Shown piece after piece: positions 28,691-36,910 of a stretch of DNA of 64,000 nucleotides. This DNA is from Minisyncoccota bacterium (lineage in GTDB: Bacteria > Patescibacteriota > Minisyncoccia > Phycocordibacterales > CAIZLB01). The first letter of the stretch is position 1, and each line of letters starts with the position of its first letter. The notes beneath the pieces are model-generated. The model saw nothing but the letters and a program-made list of their open reading frames with translations, ran no database searches and was not told the origin of the DNA. The position numbers and the translations under genes are program-made. Where the stretch lies: contig JAIPIA010000001.1 of the NCBI GenBank assembly GCA_021734945.1, forward strand, positions 244,415 to 308,414, written 5' to 3'.

Positions 28691-30751
28691 CTATTTTTTA
28701 GAATAAAAAGCTTTTGTCATCTTTTGGTCTTCGGTAAATATCCCATATTTTTTATCTGCCATTTCACTTTCATTTACATACATTTGATTCAAATCAAGCA
28801 TAGATAAAAACATCCTCTTCTGTTGGTCTAGAGTAAGTTCCTTAAACTCTTCTTCTTCCAATATCTTTTTCTTGAAGTCTCTTATTTTCACGTTATAATT
28901 AAGGAAATATTTTTCAATTAGAATATCAAAAAGTTTTGAAAGAGTAGTTAGATCTTTTGCATTTTGAATCTCCTCTTTTACTTTTTCATTCCATTTTGCA
29001 AGTTCGCAATAGACAAAGTCTCCACCACCTTGCCAATTTACATGTTTAGATATCCCAGATTTGTCACCTAATACAACACCTTTCATTCGTTCTTCTGGAT
29101 TATTATCTTGATAATCAAGTTGTTCAATTCCTATCCATTGCCTGTTAGTTTTGTGTGCTACAGCACAAGTCGTACCACTTCCAGCATGGAAATCTAAAAC
29201 TATATCACCCTTATCTGTAGCAAGTTCCAAAATTCTTTGAAGTAATTTTTCTGGTTTTTTTCCTTTCTTTAAGGATACACCTCCTTCAGAATGTAAATCA
29301 TTCGGCAAAACATCATTCCAAATATCAGAGAGTGGCTCTGAAAATACCAATTTTCCATCTATTTCGATTAACTTATTTGATAAAAATAGTATTGCCTTTC
29401 CATTATATATATAATAGTCATTTTTACCTTCTCGTTTTATATGAAATATTTTTGAAGGCTCTTTGATTGATTGATATTTTGTTTTTACAACTTCATCAGA
29501 CACCGATTTATCATCAAGAGTAACAGGTTGGAATATTTTATCTGCATTATCGTAATAAAACTTTTCAATTTCGTCATCATAAGAATTACTAAAATGCCTC
29601 TTTAAATCTTTCTTTGCAATACCTACATCATCTGCCCATGCATCAAGAACTGTGCAAAATTCCCACTGAGTGTGATTCTTATCAAAGTTTTTAATAAAAC
29701 TACTGTAACGAGTATCCCTCTCCTTCTCTCTAAATATACGATTTATTTTCCATTGTTTTGGATTTTTTGAATAAATTAGTATAAATTCAGAAACATTGAC
29801 CAATCCTAGATTAAATACTTTTGCTCCAGATATTGCACTTCTTTTAATTGTAACAATATTTTTTTTATTATTTTCTCCAAAAATTTCATCCATTAAAATT
29901 TGGAGGTAGGCTATTTCATTATTGTCAATAGAAATAAATATTGAGCCATCATCTCTCATTAAATCTTTAGCAACTTCTAAACGATTTTTCATAAAAGTTA
30001 ACCATGTTGAGTGATTAAAATTATCATTATAAGCAAAACTGTCATTCTTTGTGTTATACGGAGGATCAATGTATATAAGTTTTATCTTTCCACAGAATTC
30101 AGATTTTAAACTATGCAGAGCAAGGAGATTATTACCTTTAATAATCATATTTTCTTGTATTAAACCTGTTTTATCTCTCTTTATTTCTTTTACCACTTCT
30201 CCATCACTCTTGCTGTCTTTGGTGAATCGTTTCCAATTTACAAGAGCTTTCTTATCAAAGAGTCTATCTATCTCATCATGAGCAAGTACTTGATTGAAGA
30301 ATATTTCATTTCTCTTTCCATTTTTTTCTTCGTATATTCCATTTTTTTCGGAGTATTCAAAATATGTATCAGTACCCTCTTCAGTACTTTGTCCTCCTTC
30401 CAAGATACAGTCCTTGAAAGGAAAATCTAAGACAACATTGCTAACATTTTCCAACAATCCATTCTTGTCCGATAAACCTATTTTGTTTGCGTATTTGGTA
30501 TATGAATTATCAACCTTATTTTCATCTAAAAAGAATTTAAAATCCTGAATATTAAAAACATACACATCTTTAATTTTAATAAAGAATTTTGATTTTAGTT
30601 CCTTATTGTCAGCAAGGAGAGAGATGAGCTTTTCATCAATCCTGTCAGCATAATCTTTTACTTTTATGTAATTCAATTCTCCTGATTCAGAGTCAATATA
30701 TTTAGACTCTGCTTTTAATGTTTTCTCGAGAATTTGTTTTATTTTACTCAT
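28691..30751 (-). CDS. mod: Type III restriction-modification Mod subunit (adenine DNA methyltransferase)
   Basis: GNNL.AL, IYIDPPY, KKPEKLL, DFHAGSGTT; immediately upstream of res. Confidence 0.92.
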   Translation of the reverse strand: MSKIKQILEKTLKAESKYIDSESGELNYIKVKDYADRIDEKLISLLADNKELKSKFFIKIKDVYVFNIQDFKFFLDENKVDNSYTKYANKIGLSDKNGLLENVSNVVLDFPFKDCILEGGQSTEEGTDTYFEYSEKNGIYEEKNGKRNEIFFNQVLAHDEIDRLFDKKALVNWKRFTKDSKSDGEVVKEIKRDKTGLIQENMIIKGNNLLALHSLKSEFCGKIKLIYIDPPYNTKNDSFAYNDNFNHSTWLTFMKNRLEVAKDLMRDDGSIFISIDNNEIAYLQILMDEIFGENNKKNIVTIKRSAISGAKVFNLGLVNVSEFILIYSKNPKQWKINRIFREKERDTRYSSFIKNFDKNHTQWEFCTVLDAWADDVGIAKKDLKRHFSNSYDDEIEKFYYDNADKIFQPVTLDDKSVSDEVVKTKYQSIKEPSKIFHIKREGKNDYYIYNGKAILFLSNKLIEIDGKLVFSEPLSDIWNDVLPNDLHSEGGVSLKKGKKPEKLLQRILELATDKGDIVLDFHAGSGTTCAVAHKTNRQWIGIEQLDYQDNNPEERMKGVVLGDKSGISKHVNWQGGGDFVYCELAKWNEKVKEEIQNAKDLTTLSKLFDILIEKYFLNYNVKIRDFKKKILEEEEFKELTLDQQKRMFLSMLDLNQMYVNESEMADKKYGIFTEDQKMTKAFYSKK

Positions 30752-30798
30752 ATTATGTATTCTCCTAATACTAACAAATTTATAGATAAATGGCTAAA

Positions 30799-31179
30799 CT
30801 ATAAGGACTCGGTCACAGGTTCTTTTTGCTCCGCAAAAAGCCCTTCGACCCCACCTCACTCGCAGCAATTCGCCGTGTAAATCCTTCCGGCTCATATAGC
30901 TGCTTCGCTCCGGCTTTCTTCGTCCCCAGAGTCCATATGCATAAATAAAAATACTACATCTTGATAATGTAGTATTTTTATTATGTGTGGACCCTACAGG
31001 ACTCGGTCAGGAATAGTTTTTCGCTACCCGCTCAAAACCTTTCCCGACCCTACCTCGCAGTCTCGCCTACTGGCTCGACATTTGCTCCGTTTTTCTCATC
31101 CTTCAGGTATTCATTAGACAAAAGAAAAAGCCCAACGCAGGTTGGACTCTTTCTTTTGTTGTGGACCCTACAGGACTCG
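30799..31179 (-). repeat. Tandem tRNA-Ala 3'-end-derived repeat units (att-like)
   Basis: 20-bp exact repeat TGTGGACCCTACAGGACTCG at 30986-31005 and 31160-31179; degenerate third copy AGGACTCGGTCA at 30804; the two spacer units share internal motifs. Confidence 0.8.
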
Positions 31180-31235
31180 AACCTGCCACCTCCTCAGTGC
31201 AAATGAGGCGCTCTAGCCAGATGAGCTAAGGGCCC
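31162..31235 (-). tRNA. tRNA-Ala (TGC)
   Basis: GGGCCCTTAGCTCATCTGGCTAGAGCG-CCTCA TTTGCAC TGAGG-...GGTTCGAGTCC...GGGTCCA; G3:U70 pair; CCA not encoded. Confidence 0.96.
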
Positions 31236-31379
31236 GTCTATTTCGTCGTGAAATTTGTTTGTTTAAGTATGTCTCGTCAAAGTCTGGCAACCCGACTAAA
31301 TCTACCTACAAATTTTCAACTAAAAACACGGCTTCCGTACTATTGCACATATACAAGTAACCGCGTAAGCACTATATTA

Positions 31380-32699
31380 CTATTTCTTGCTTTGAAGAGC
31401 AAGTCGGAGGACGTGATCTAAAAATTCATGGTGTTTTACACCTCCAGCGTCCAATGCTTTATACACTGGTGAGTGTTCATGCAAACTTGGATCTGTATTT
31501 ATTTCCAAAAGATAAACACCTCGCTTTGGGTGAACAATAAAGTCAGCTGTGGCAAAATGTCGCAAACCAAGAGAGTCACGAATCTTTTTTACAGCGTCCT
31601 CAATTATTCTCTTTTCATCATTTGTAATATTTGCAGGCGAAGTATGGTCATACAATCCAGCATGTTTTGCAATCCAGTTGAAAATAGAATGTCTTGGCTT
31701 CTTTTGAAGTACAGGATTGTTAAATAATGGAATTGATTCAGTCACATCCAATCCACTAGCACTTCCTACACTTTCATCAAGACCCTCACCACTAGTTGAC
31801 CCACTACTTACACCACTCACTGCAATACGATTTGCAATCTCTTGCTCCTCAGGCGAAAGATCCTCTATGCTTGTTTCAGAGCTTTTTTCATCACCCACTA
31901 TGTCAGTCATTGAAGGTTTAACACCATCAAAAATCTCCAACCCTGTTTGTGATATGTAACCATTTTGTCCCATTAACCCTTCTACACTCGATGCGAGACT
32001 AGACTCTTGTGTTCGCTGATGTGGTTTAACTTCCACTGGAAACATATGATACAAATCTTGCCCTCGAAAATCATCAATAAATCCTGAAATTATTTCTTTT
32101 CCAGTGAGATATTCTTCAACAATAACCTCATCAGAAAATCCACGAGCATGATCAAGTGCTTCTATTAGTTCATCAAAATTTGATGCAAACGAAACCCCAA
32201 GCGATGAACCCTTTCCAACTGGCTTTACAATGACTGGCATAGGGAAACTTCGAAACACATCCAACGCTACTGGGTGTAAATCTTTGTCTTGTGGCAAATT
32301 CAATTCACGGAAGTACGGCGTCTTAATTCCATGCTCTTTAAAATGCTTTTTAGATAATGGTTTGTTTTGTGTAAATGATGAAGCATACCCTTTCGTACCC
32401 ACAAAAGGCACAGCAAAGGATTCAAGAATAGAATGGAGTGGAGTTCCTGTATCAAAATTCCCTTTTGTAGCATTAAAAATAACATCAATAGTCCGTAGAA
32501 CCTGTTCAGGACTTTGTGCTGTACCATCGACATGCCACACGCCCTCTTTATCTATGAAAATATCTGTACCTTTGTATGTTTTTGACAGAGGCTCAGCTTT
32601 CAACATATTGAGAATGTGTTGACCTGTCTTCAGAGAGACATCATATTCATCAGTAGGTCCGCCTCGTAATACCCCCACATTAATCAGTGACATATGCAT
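31380..32699 (-). CDS. ddl: D-alanine--D-alanine ligase-like ATP-grasp protein with a long insertion
   Basis: GG.T.EYDVSL.TG, IVKP...GSSLGV, VEEYL.G.E, DF..H....YLLEINT.P. Confidence 0.8.
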   Translation of the reverse strand: MHMSLINVGVLRGGPTDEYDVSLKTGQHILNMLKAEPLSKTYKGTDIFIDKEGVWHVDGTAQSPEQVLRTIDVIFNATKGNFDTGTPLHSILESFAVPFVGTKGYASSFTQNKPLSKKHFKEHGIKTPYFRELNLPQDKDLHPVALDVFRSFPMPVIVKPVGKGSSLGVSFASNFDELIEALDHARGFSDEVIVEEYLTGKEIISGFIDDFRGQDLYHMFPVEVKPHQRTQESSLASSVEGLMGQNGYISQTGLEIFDGVKPSMTDIVGDEKSSETSIEDLSPEEQEIANRIAVSGVSSGSTSGEGLDESVGSASGLDVTESIPLFNNPVLQKKPRHSIFNWIAKHAGLYDHTSPANITNDEKRIIEDAVKKIRDSLGLRHFATADFIVHPKRGVYLLEINTDPSLHEHSPVYKALDAGGVKHHEFLDHVLRLALQSKK

Positions 32700-32784
32700 T
32701 TGATTATACAGTCACTTTGAATTTATAAAAGATACTAACCCCCAGAAATCATCTACATTATGCGCAAAATCTATGGCATAAAAA

Positions 32785-33177
32785 CAAAAAGAGCCTTACA
32801 CGAGGTAGGCTCTAAGACATATATGTTGCTTGTACCGAGGTACTTGCAGTTTCTTTTTGGGAGGTAAAACAAACCTTTGAAAGATTCCATGACACCAAGT
32901 GTTTAGGAATGTTTCTTAAAAGAACTTATGCGATTACAATATCGCGAGTTGAGCGGTGAGTTAGATTATTAATCCGTACTCTTTGCTCAAAGAACTTAAA
33001 TGCGGACGTTCCGCATTGTTGTGTGGGTGGCCCCGGCAAAGATCCCTTTAGAGACCTTAGTATCTGGTGTTTGCACCAAGACGGTTTCCCTCAGGGAACC
33101 TTCACCGGGACCTTGGTCCAACAACCTCAGCTGAGGTTACCAATGGCGTTTAGGCATGCGAAGCCACCACACACGTC
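32785..33177 (-). ncRNA. Large multi-hairpin structured RNA (about 390 nt), family unknown
   Basis: Near-consensus promoter upstream, closing stem GTGTGGTGGC/GCCACCCACAC, more than 10 hairpins with minus-strand G-U pairs, intrinsic terminator at 32785-32813; no long sense ORF. Confidence 0.65.
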
Positions 33178-33181
33178 TGAA

Positions 33182-33210
33182 ACAGTACGCTCTTTTAAGA
33201 TTTCTGTCAA
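33182..33210 (-). promoter_or_regulatory. Sigma70 promoter of the putative ncRNA
   Basis: TTGACA-gaaatcttaaaagagcg(17 nt)-TACTGT. Confidence 0.7.
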
Positions 33211-33341
33211 TAGCCTTTGGTAATGTATATACATTAATTCTAAAACCTTCCTACTTATTCCAACACAACAAAAAACCACCGGGCGTACACTACTATTATT
33301 GTAGAGGCACGTATCCGGTGGTGTTGTCCCGTCAGCAGATA

Positions 33342-33959
33342 TTACTTCTGCTCAAGAGGAGTTGTTTGAAGGGTCGCGGCTGGAACTGTTGCCACCTTCG
33401 GCACCAACAGGTTTGATCTACCGAAAGCATTCTTGCTCGGCGTATCATCGAGGAGATCAGCGAGGATTGCTCGCTTGGCTTCGTCGAGTTTAATAACACC
33501 GACGCGTCCGATCTTTTCATTCGTCAAAATGCGACCGCCTGTTGTGCTGTCAGACACGCTACCAATACTGCGGATGACTTTGTAAACCACAACCTGCGCC
33601 TTGTCACCAGCTTTGAGCTGTTCATCTGCGGTGTACGTGATTTGGACGCCGTCGATTGTGACGAAATTGGTCACGATTCCAAACCGATCTTTCAACGTGA
33701 CTACTTCCCCGACATTGACGTCGGAGACCACTTCCGGATTTGCATCCTCAGTAGTGTAGATTCGCTGAAGGACTAATGGGTAAGTCATAGGCTGTAATGC
33801 CTCTGCCTTGGCCGGAGCAGGACTGGTGGCAGCTTTCTCGCTGCAGCCAGTGAAGCTGAGCATGAGGATGATAACAACAGCGACTCCCATCAAGGGTTCG
33901 AAGCAGTCGAGAATGTCCGCCAGCGCGTGCTGGGGCTTGTTAACTTTATTAATTTTCAT
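33342..33959 (-). CDS. Orphan putative lipoprotein
   Basis: Hydrophobic segment ending FTGC (lipobox-like); higher GC; own promoter and long-stem terminator (about 33270-33325). Confidence 0.65.
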   Translation of the reverse strand: MKINKVNKPQHALADILDCFEPLMGVAVVIILMLSFTGCSEKAATSPAPAKAEALQPMTYPLVLQRIYTTEDANPEVVSDVNVGEVVTLKDRFGIVTNFVTIDGVQITYTADEQLKAGDKAQVVVYKVIRSIGSVSDSTTGGRILTNEKIGRVGVIKLDEAKRAILADLLDDTPSKNAFGRSNLLVPKVATVPAATLQTTPLEQK

Positions 33960-34060
33960 AAGGATCTAAGTATGTTGGACTGGATTGTAGGGTGTATTGT
34001 CTGTGCATCGGACATCTGCCGATTTTCATAATAGTACACAAATATTCGATTTAGTCAATA

Positions 34061-35602
34061 TTAAATACCTCTCGAAAGTGATCTTCGCTTTCTGTGTGTA
34101 GCAATGGCAAAACGGTGACACTCTTGGTTCAGTGAAATTACATCCCCATCGTCAAAATTAGTCACGTCATCGCCCTCATTTACCCGAACTATCTCTCTCG
34201 CTTTATGTGTCTCATCTTTTACAACTGCAATGAATTTAATTTTCACCTTAGATATCGATAACTCCAGCGATTCACTATAAAAATTCTGTAAAACCTCTTT
34301 AGCGACATTGATCTGAGCTGTACTACCATCAACCACAATATGCGTTGGCAAAGGCCAATCTTTGTGAGCAAGTCTTCGTTCAAGCACTTGTTTTAAAGCA
34401 CCAGTATCATTTGATGCTTTTATTTCTCTAATATTAAATTTCTTATACTGATCTTTTACAAAATCGCCATCTTGCATTACAACCATTACACCAACCATGT
34501 CCTTACCTGACATGTGTGCTATATCGTACGCTTCTGCACGTACTGTAAAGCTCTGTGTCTTTGAAGTATTTTTTCTTGACCCAACATATCCAAATTCAGC
34601 GTCTTTTTTGATCATTGAAATATCATGAATATGTACAAGCGCACTCAAGGTCTTCTTAATCTCGTTCGCCTCTTCAAACTTTTGCTCTTTTGCAAGTGAG
34701 AGCATTTCTTGTTTAAGGTCATCCATTACTGCTTGCTTTTTTCCTTTAAAAAATTTGCGAATATGTGAAATCTGCAACGAATATTCTTCTTGCGATATTT
34801 CACCAGTACACACACCAGGACAAAGTCCAATAGAACGGTTAAAACATGGCTTCCCTTTCATATATGTATTTTTGAGAGTGGCGCCGTCTGCTGAGATTTG
34901 GATTCCAATAGGCTCGCTCTGAGTACTTTTTTGAATATCATCTATTGTGTCGTTTTTTTCAACACTATTCATGTGATTCTGTTTATTGGCTCCAAAATTA
35001 AACGGCTCACACTTATCACGGAATGGAAAAATACGTCGGATAAGTTTCATGGCTTCTTTGAGCTCCGCTCCAAATGGAAATGGACCAAATACATCAGTGT
35101 ATTCAAAACCAAGTGAGTCTATTTGCTCCTGTTTTGTTGTGCCAGCCTGATTTGCCTGTTCGAGATTTCGCCCACGTACCACAAGCACTCGTGGAAAATC
35201 TTCTTTTGTAATCACAACGTAGTTAAAACTCTTATTGTCTTTCTCTTTTGTATTGTATCGAGGTAGATACTGCTTAATAAGTTCAGACTCAAGAATAAAG
35301 GCTTCGAGCACAGAGTCTGTCTCTTGAAATGAAATCGTATCAGCCTGCGCCACCATATCTACGAGAAGTCGACCTCGAGTTTTTATGAGGTCATCATTAA
35401 AATAGCTTCGCACACGTTCACGAAGACTTGTAGCCTTGCCGATATAAAGGGTTTCGGGACCTGTTTGCTCCTGACTTTTGAGTTCAGTTTCACTCTTTGT
35501 AGACGCAGCGCTGACGCCGGCATTAGTATCTGCATTTTTCTTAAAAAAATACACCCCTGGTCCCTCTGGCAGATTAAGTTTTTTAAATTCTTCGAGGTTC
35601 AT
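34061..35602 (-). CDS. uvrC: Excinuclease ABC subunit C
   Basis: GIY-YIG (PGVYFF...LYIGKA..LR.RV.SYF), UVR domain, RNase H-like domain (EAYDIAH, VVDG); no obvious C-terminal HhH. Confidence 0.9.
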   Translation of the reverse strand: MNLEEFKKLNLPEGPGVYFFKKNADTNAGVSAASTKSETELKSQEQTGPETLYIGKATSLRERVRSYFNDDLIKTRGRLLVDMVAQADTISFQETDSVLEAFILESELIKQYLPRYNTKEKDNKSFNYVVITKEDFPRVLVVRGRNLEQANQAGTTKQEQIDSLGFEYTDVFGPFPFGAELKEAMKLIRRIFPFRDKCEPFNFGANKQNHMNSVEKNDTIDDIQKSTQSEPIGIQISADGATLKNTYMKGKPCFNRSIGLCPGVCTGEISQEEYSLQISHIRKFFKGKKQAVMDDLKQEMLSLAKEQKFEEANEIKKTLSALVHIHDISMIKKDAEFGYVGSRKNTSKTQSFTVRAEAYDIAHMSGKDMVGVMVVMQDGDFVKDQYKKFNIREIKASNDTGALKQVLERRLAHKDWPLPTHIVVDGSTAQINVAKEVLQNFYSESLELSISKVKIKFIAVVKDETHKAREIVRVNEGDDVTNFDDGDVISLNQECHRFAIATHRKRRSLSRGI

Positions 35603-35654
35603 AGGGGTAATATAGCATATTTAGCACTACCGACATGACAACACCCTTGCCCAT

Positions 35655-36308
35655 TTATTTTGACTTAATTTTTTCCATAGCGCCCGTTTTTTTAGGTTTA
35701 GCTTTTGACTTTTGTGACAATGACTTATTCTGCTGACTCGCAATCAATTTCAAAAATTCTTTTTCAGTAATAACATCCTTACCTTTTATTCTATCTAGGA
35801 AAACAATACCTTCGAGGTGATCATGTTCGTGTTGAAAAATTCGAGCAATAAAATCTTTAAACTTTTTATTTTGCTTTTTTCCATGTCTATCAGTGTATTC
35901 AATTTCTATAGATTCAAAACGTGGTACAAAACCTCGGATACCCGGAAAGCTTAGACAACCTTCCCAACCTTTAACTTTATTTGATGACTTCTTGATTATT
36001 TTTGGATTAATCAATGCATCAGGTCCAAACTCTGGTGCGGTTGGATATCTAGGGCTTGGAGATGAATGGATAATCATTGCACGCTTTGATTCGTAAATCT
36101 GCGGTGCAGCAATACCTACGCCAGAAGAGTCTTTGAGTGTAGCTATCATATCATCGAGCAGATTTTGAAATTCTTGAGTAGCTATTTCCTCAGCAGTGAC
36201 AGGAGTCGCCTTTTTACGGAGTACTTCATGACCTAGTTCTGCAACTTTGAGAAGTTTTGGTGTGTGGTTATTTGTATTTTTTTTCGGTGTTTTGGCTAGT
36301 TCTTTCAT
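35655..36308 (-). CDS. def: Peptide deformylase
   Basis: GVGIAAPQ, EGCLS, QHEHDHLEG. Confidence 0.95.
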   Translation of the reverse strand: MKELAKTPKKNTNNHTPKLLKVAELGHEVLRKKATPVTAEEIATQEFQNLLDDMIATLKDSSGVGIAAPQIYESKRAMIIHSSPSPRYPTAPEFGPDALINPKIIKKSSNKVKGWEGCLSFPGIRGFVPRFESIEIEYTDRHGKKQNKKFKDFIARIFQHEHDHLEGIVFLDRIKGKDVITEKEFLKLIASQQNKSLSQKSKAKPKKTGAMEKIKSK

Positions 36309-36355
36309 TTGTTTAAATACTACGCTTTCAGGCCTTAAAGTGCAAATAGGGTGTT

Positions 36356-36910
36356 TTACATAGCCGTATCTTCAAGATATTTCATCATAAAAGTCTCATC
36401 CCGAACAATAGAATCAGGATACAAATCAGGTGAAGGATTTGTTCTAATAAGACGAATAGCTTCTTGAATATCTACCCACATTACACTTTTTCCTTCAGCT
36501 ATTTCTTTATTAGTTAAAGTTTGATCTCCTTTCTCACCAACAACGCGTGCTATAAAACAAAATGTTTCGTTAATAAGATTTTTACTTTTTATGTATTCCT
36601 TGAATATTCCAATTTCACCAGTAATCTCAATATCACAGCCTATTTCTTCCTTTGCTTCACGAATAGCTCCTAACTCTAAGGATTCAGATTCTTCTACTCC
36701 TCCACCTGGCAGCTCATAATATCCCCTATTTTTTGCATTAATAAATGCAATTTTATTTTGTGTTTCACTTTCTGAATTATTATCAAAAGCAATAACTCGA
36801 ACAGTTCGTCTGTGTTTGTAAGTCTGAATTTCTTCCTCAGTTAGGTTATCTATGTTTAGGAGTTTGAGTAGTTGCATGCAATAGATTTTATCATACATAC
36901 AAACCACCAC
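36356..36910 (-). CDS. NUDIX hydrolase
   Basis: Nudix box GGGVEESESLELGAIREAKEEIG; exact start uncertain. Confidence 0.88.
   Translation of the reverse strand: MVVCMYDKIYCMQLLKLLNIDNLTEEEIQTYKHRRTVRVIAFDNNSESETQNKIAFINAKNRGYYELPGGGVEESESLELGAIREAKEEIGCDIEITGEIGIFKEYIKSKNLINETFCFIARVVGEKGDQTLTNKEIAEGKSVMWVDIQEAIRLIRTNPSPDLYPDSIVRDETFMMKYLEDTAM

Noticed and set aside
30799-31179. CRISPR array interpretation of the repeats
   Set aside because: The repeat is a tRNA 3' end, spacers exceed 150 nt and resemble each other, and no cas genes are present.
30985-31206. 73-aa ORF with repeated WTLQDS
   Set aside because: Translation artefact of the tRNA-end repeat on the opposite strand.
32785-33177. 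RNase P RNA, tmRNA or SRP RNA identity for the large RNA
   Set aside because: No GAGGAAAGUCC/P4 motif, no tRNA-like ends or tag ORF, no SRP helix-8 motif seen.
33270-33325. Hairpin superficially like group II intron domain V (CCGGATACG...GTACGCCCGG)
   Set aside because: No AGC/CGC catalytic triad or GNRA loop; followed by a T tract, so better explained as the lipoprotein gene's terminator.
33023-33416. Plus-strand ORFs 33023-33223 and 33156-33416
   Set aside because: Antisense to the promoter-defined structured RNA and terminator; no protein-like features.
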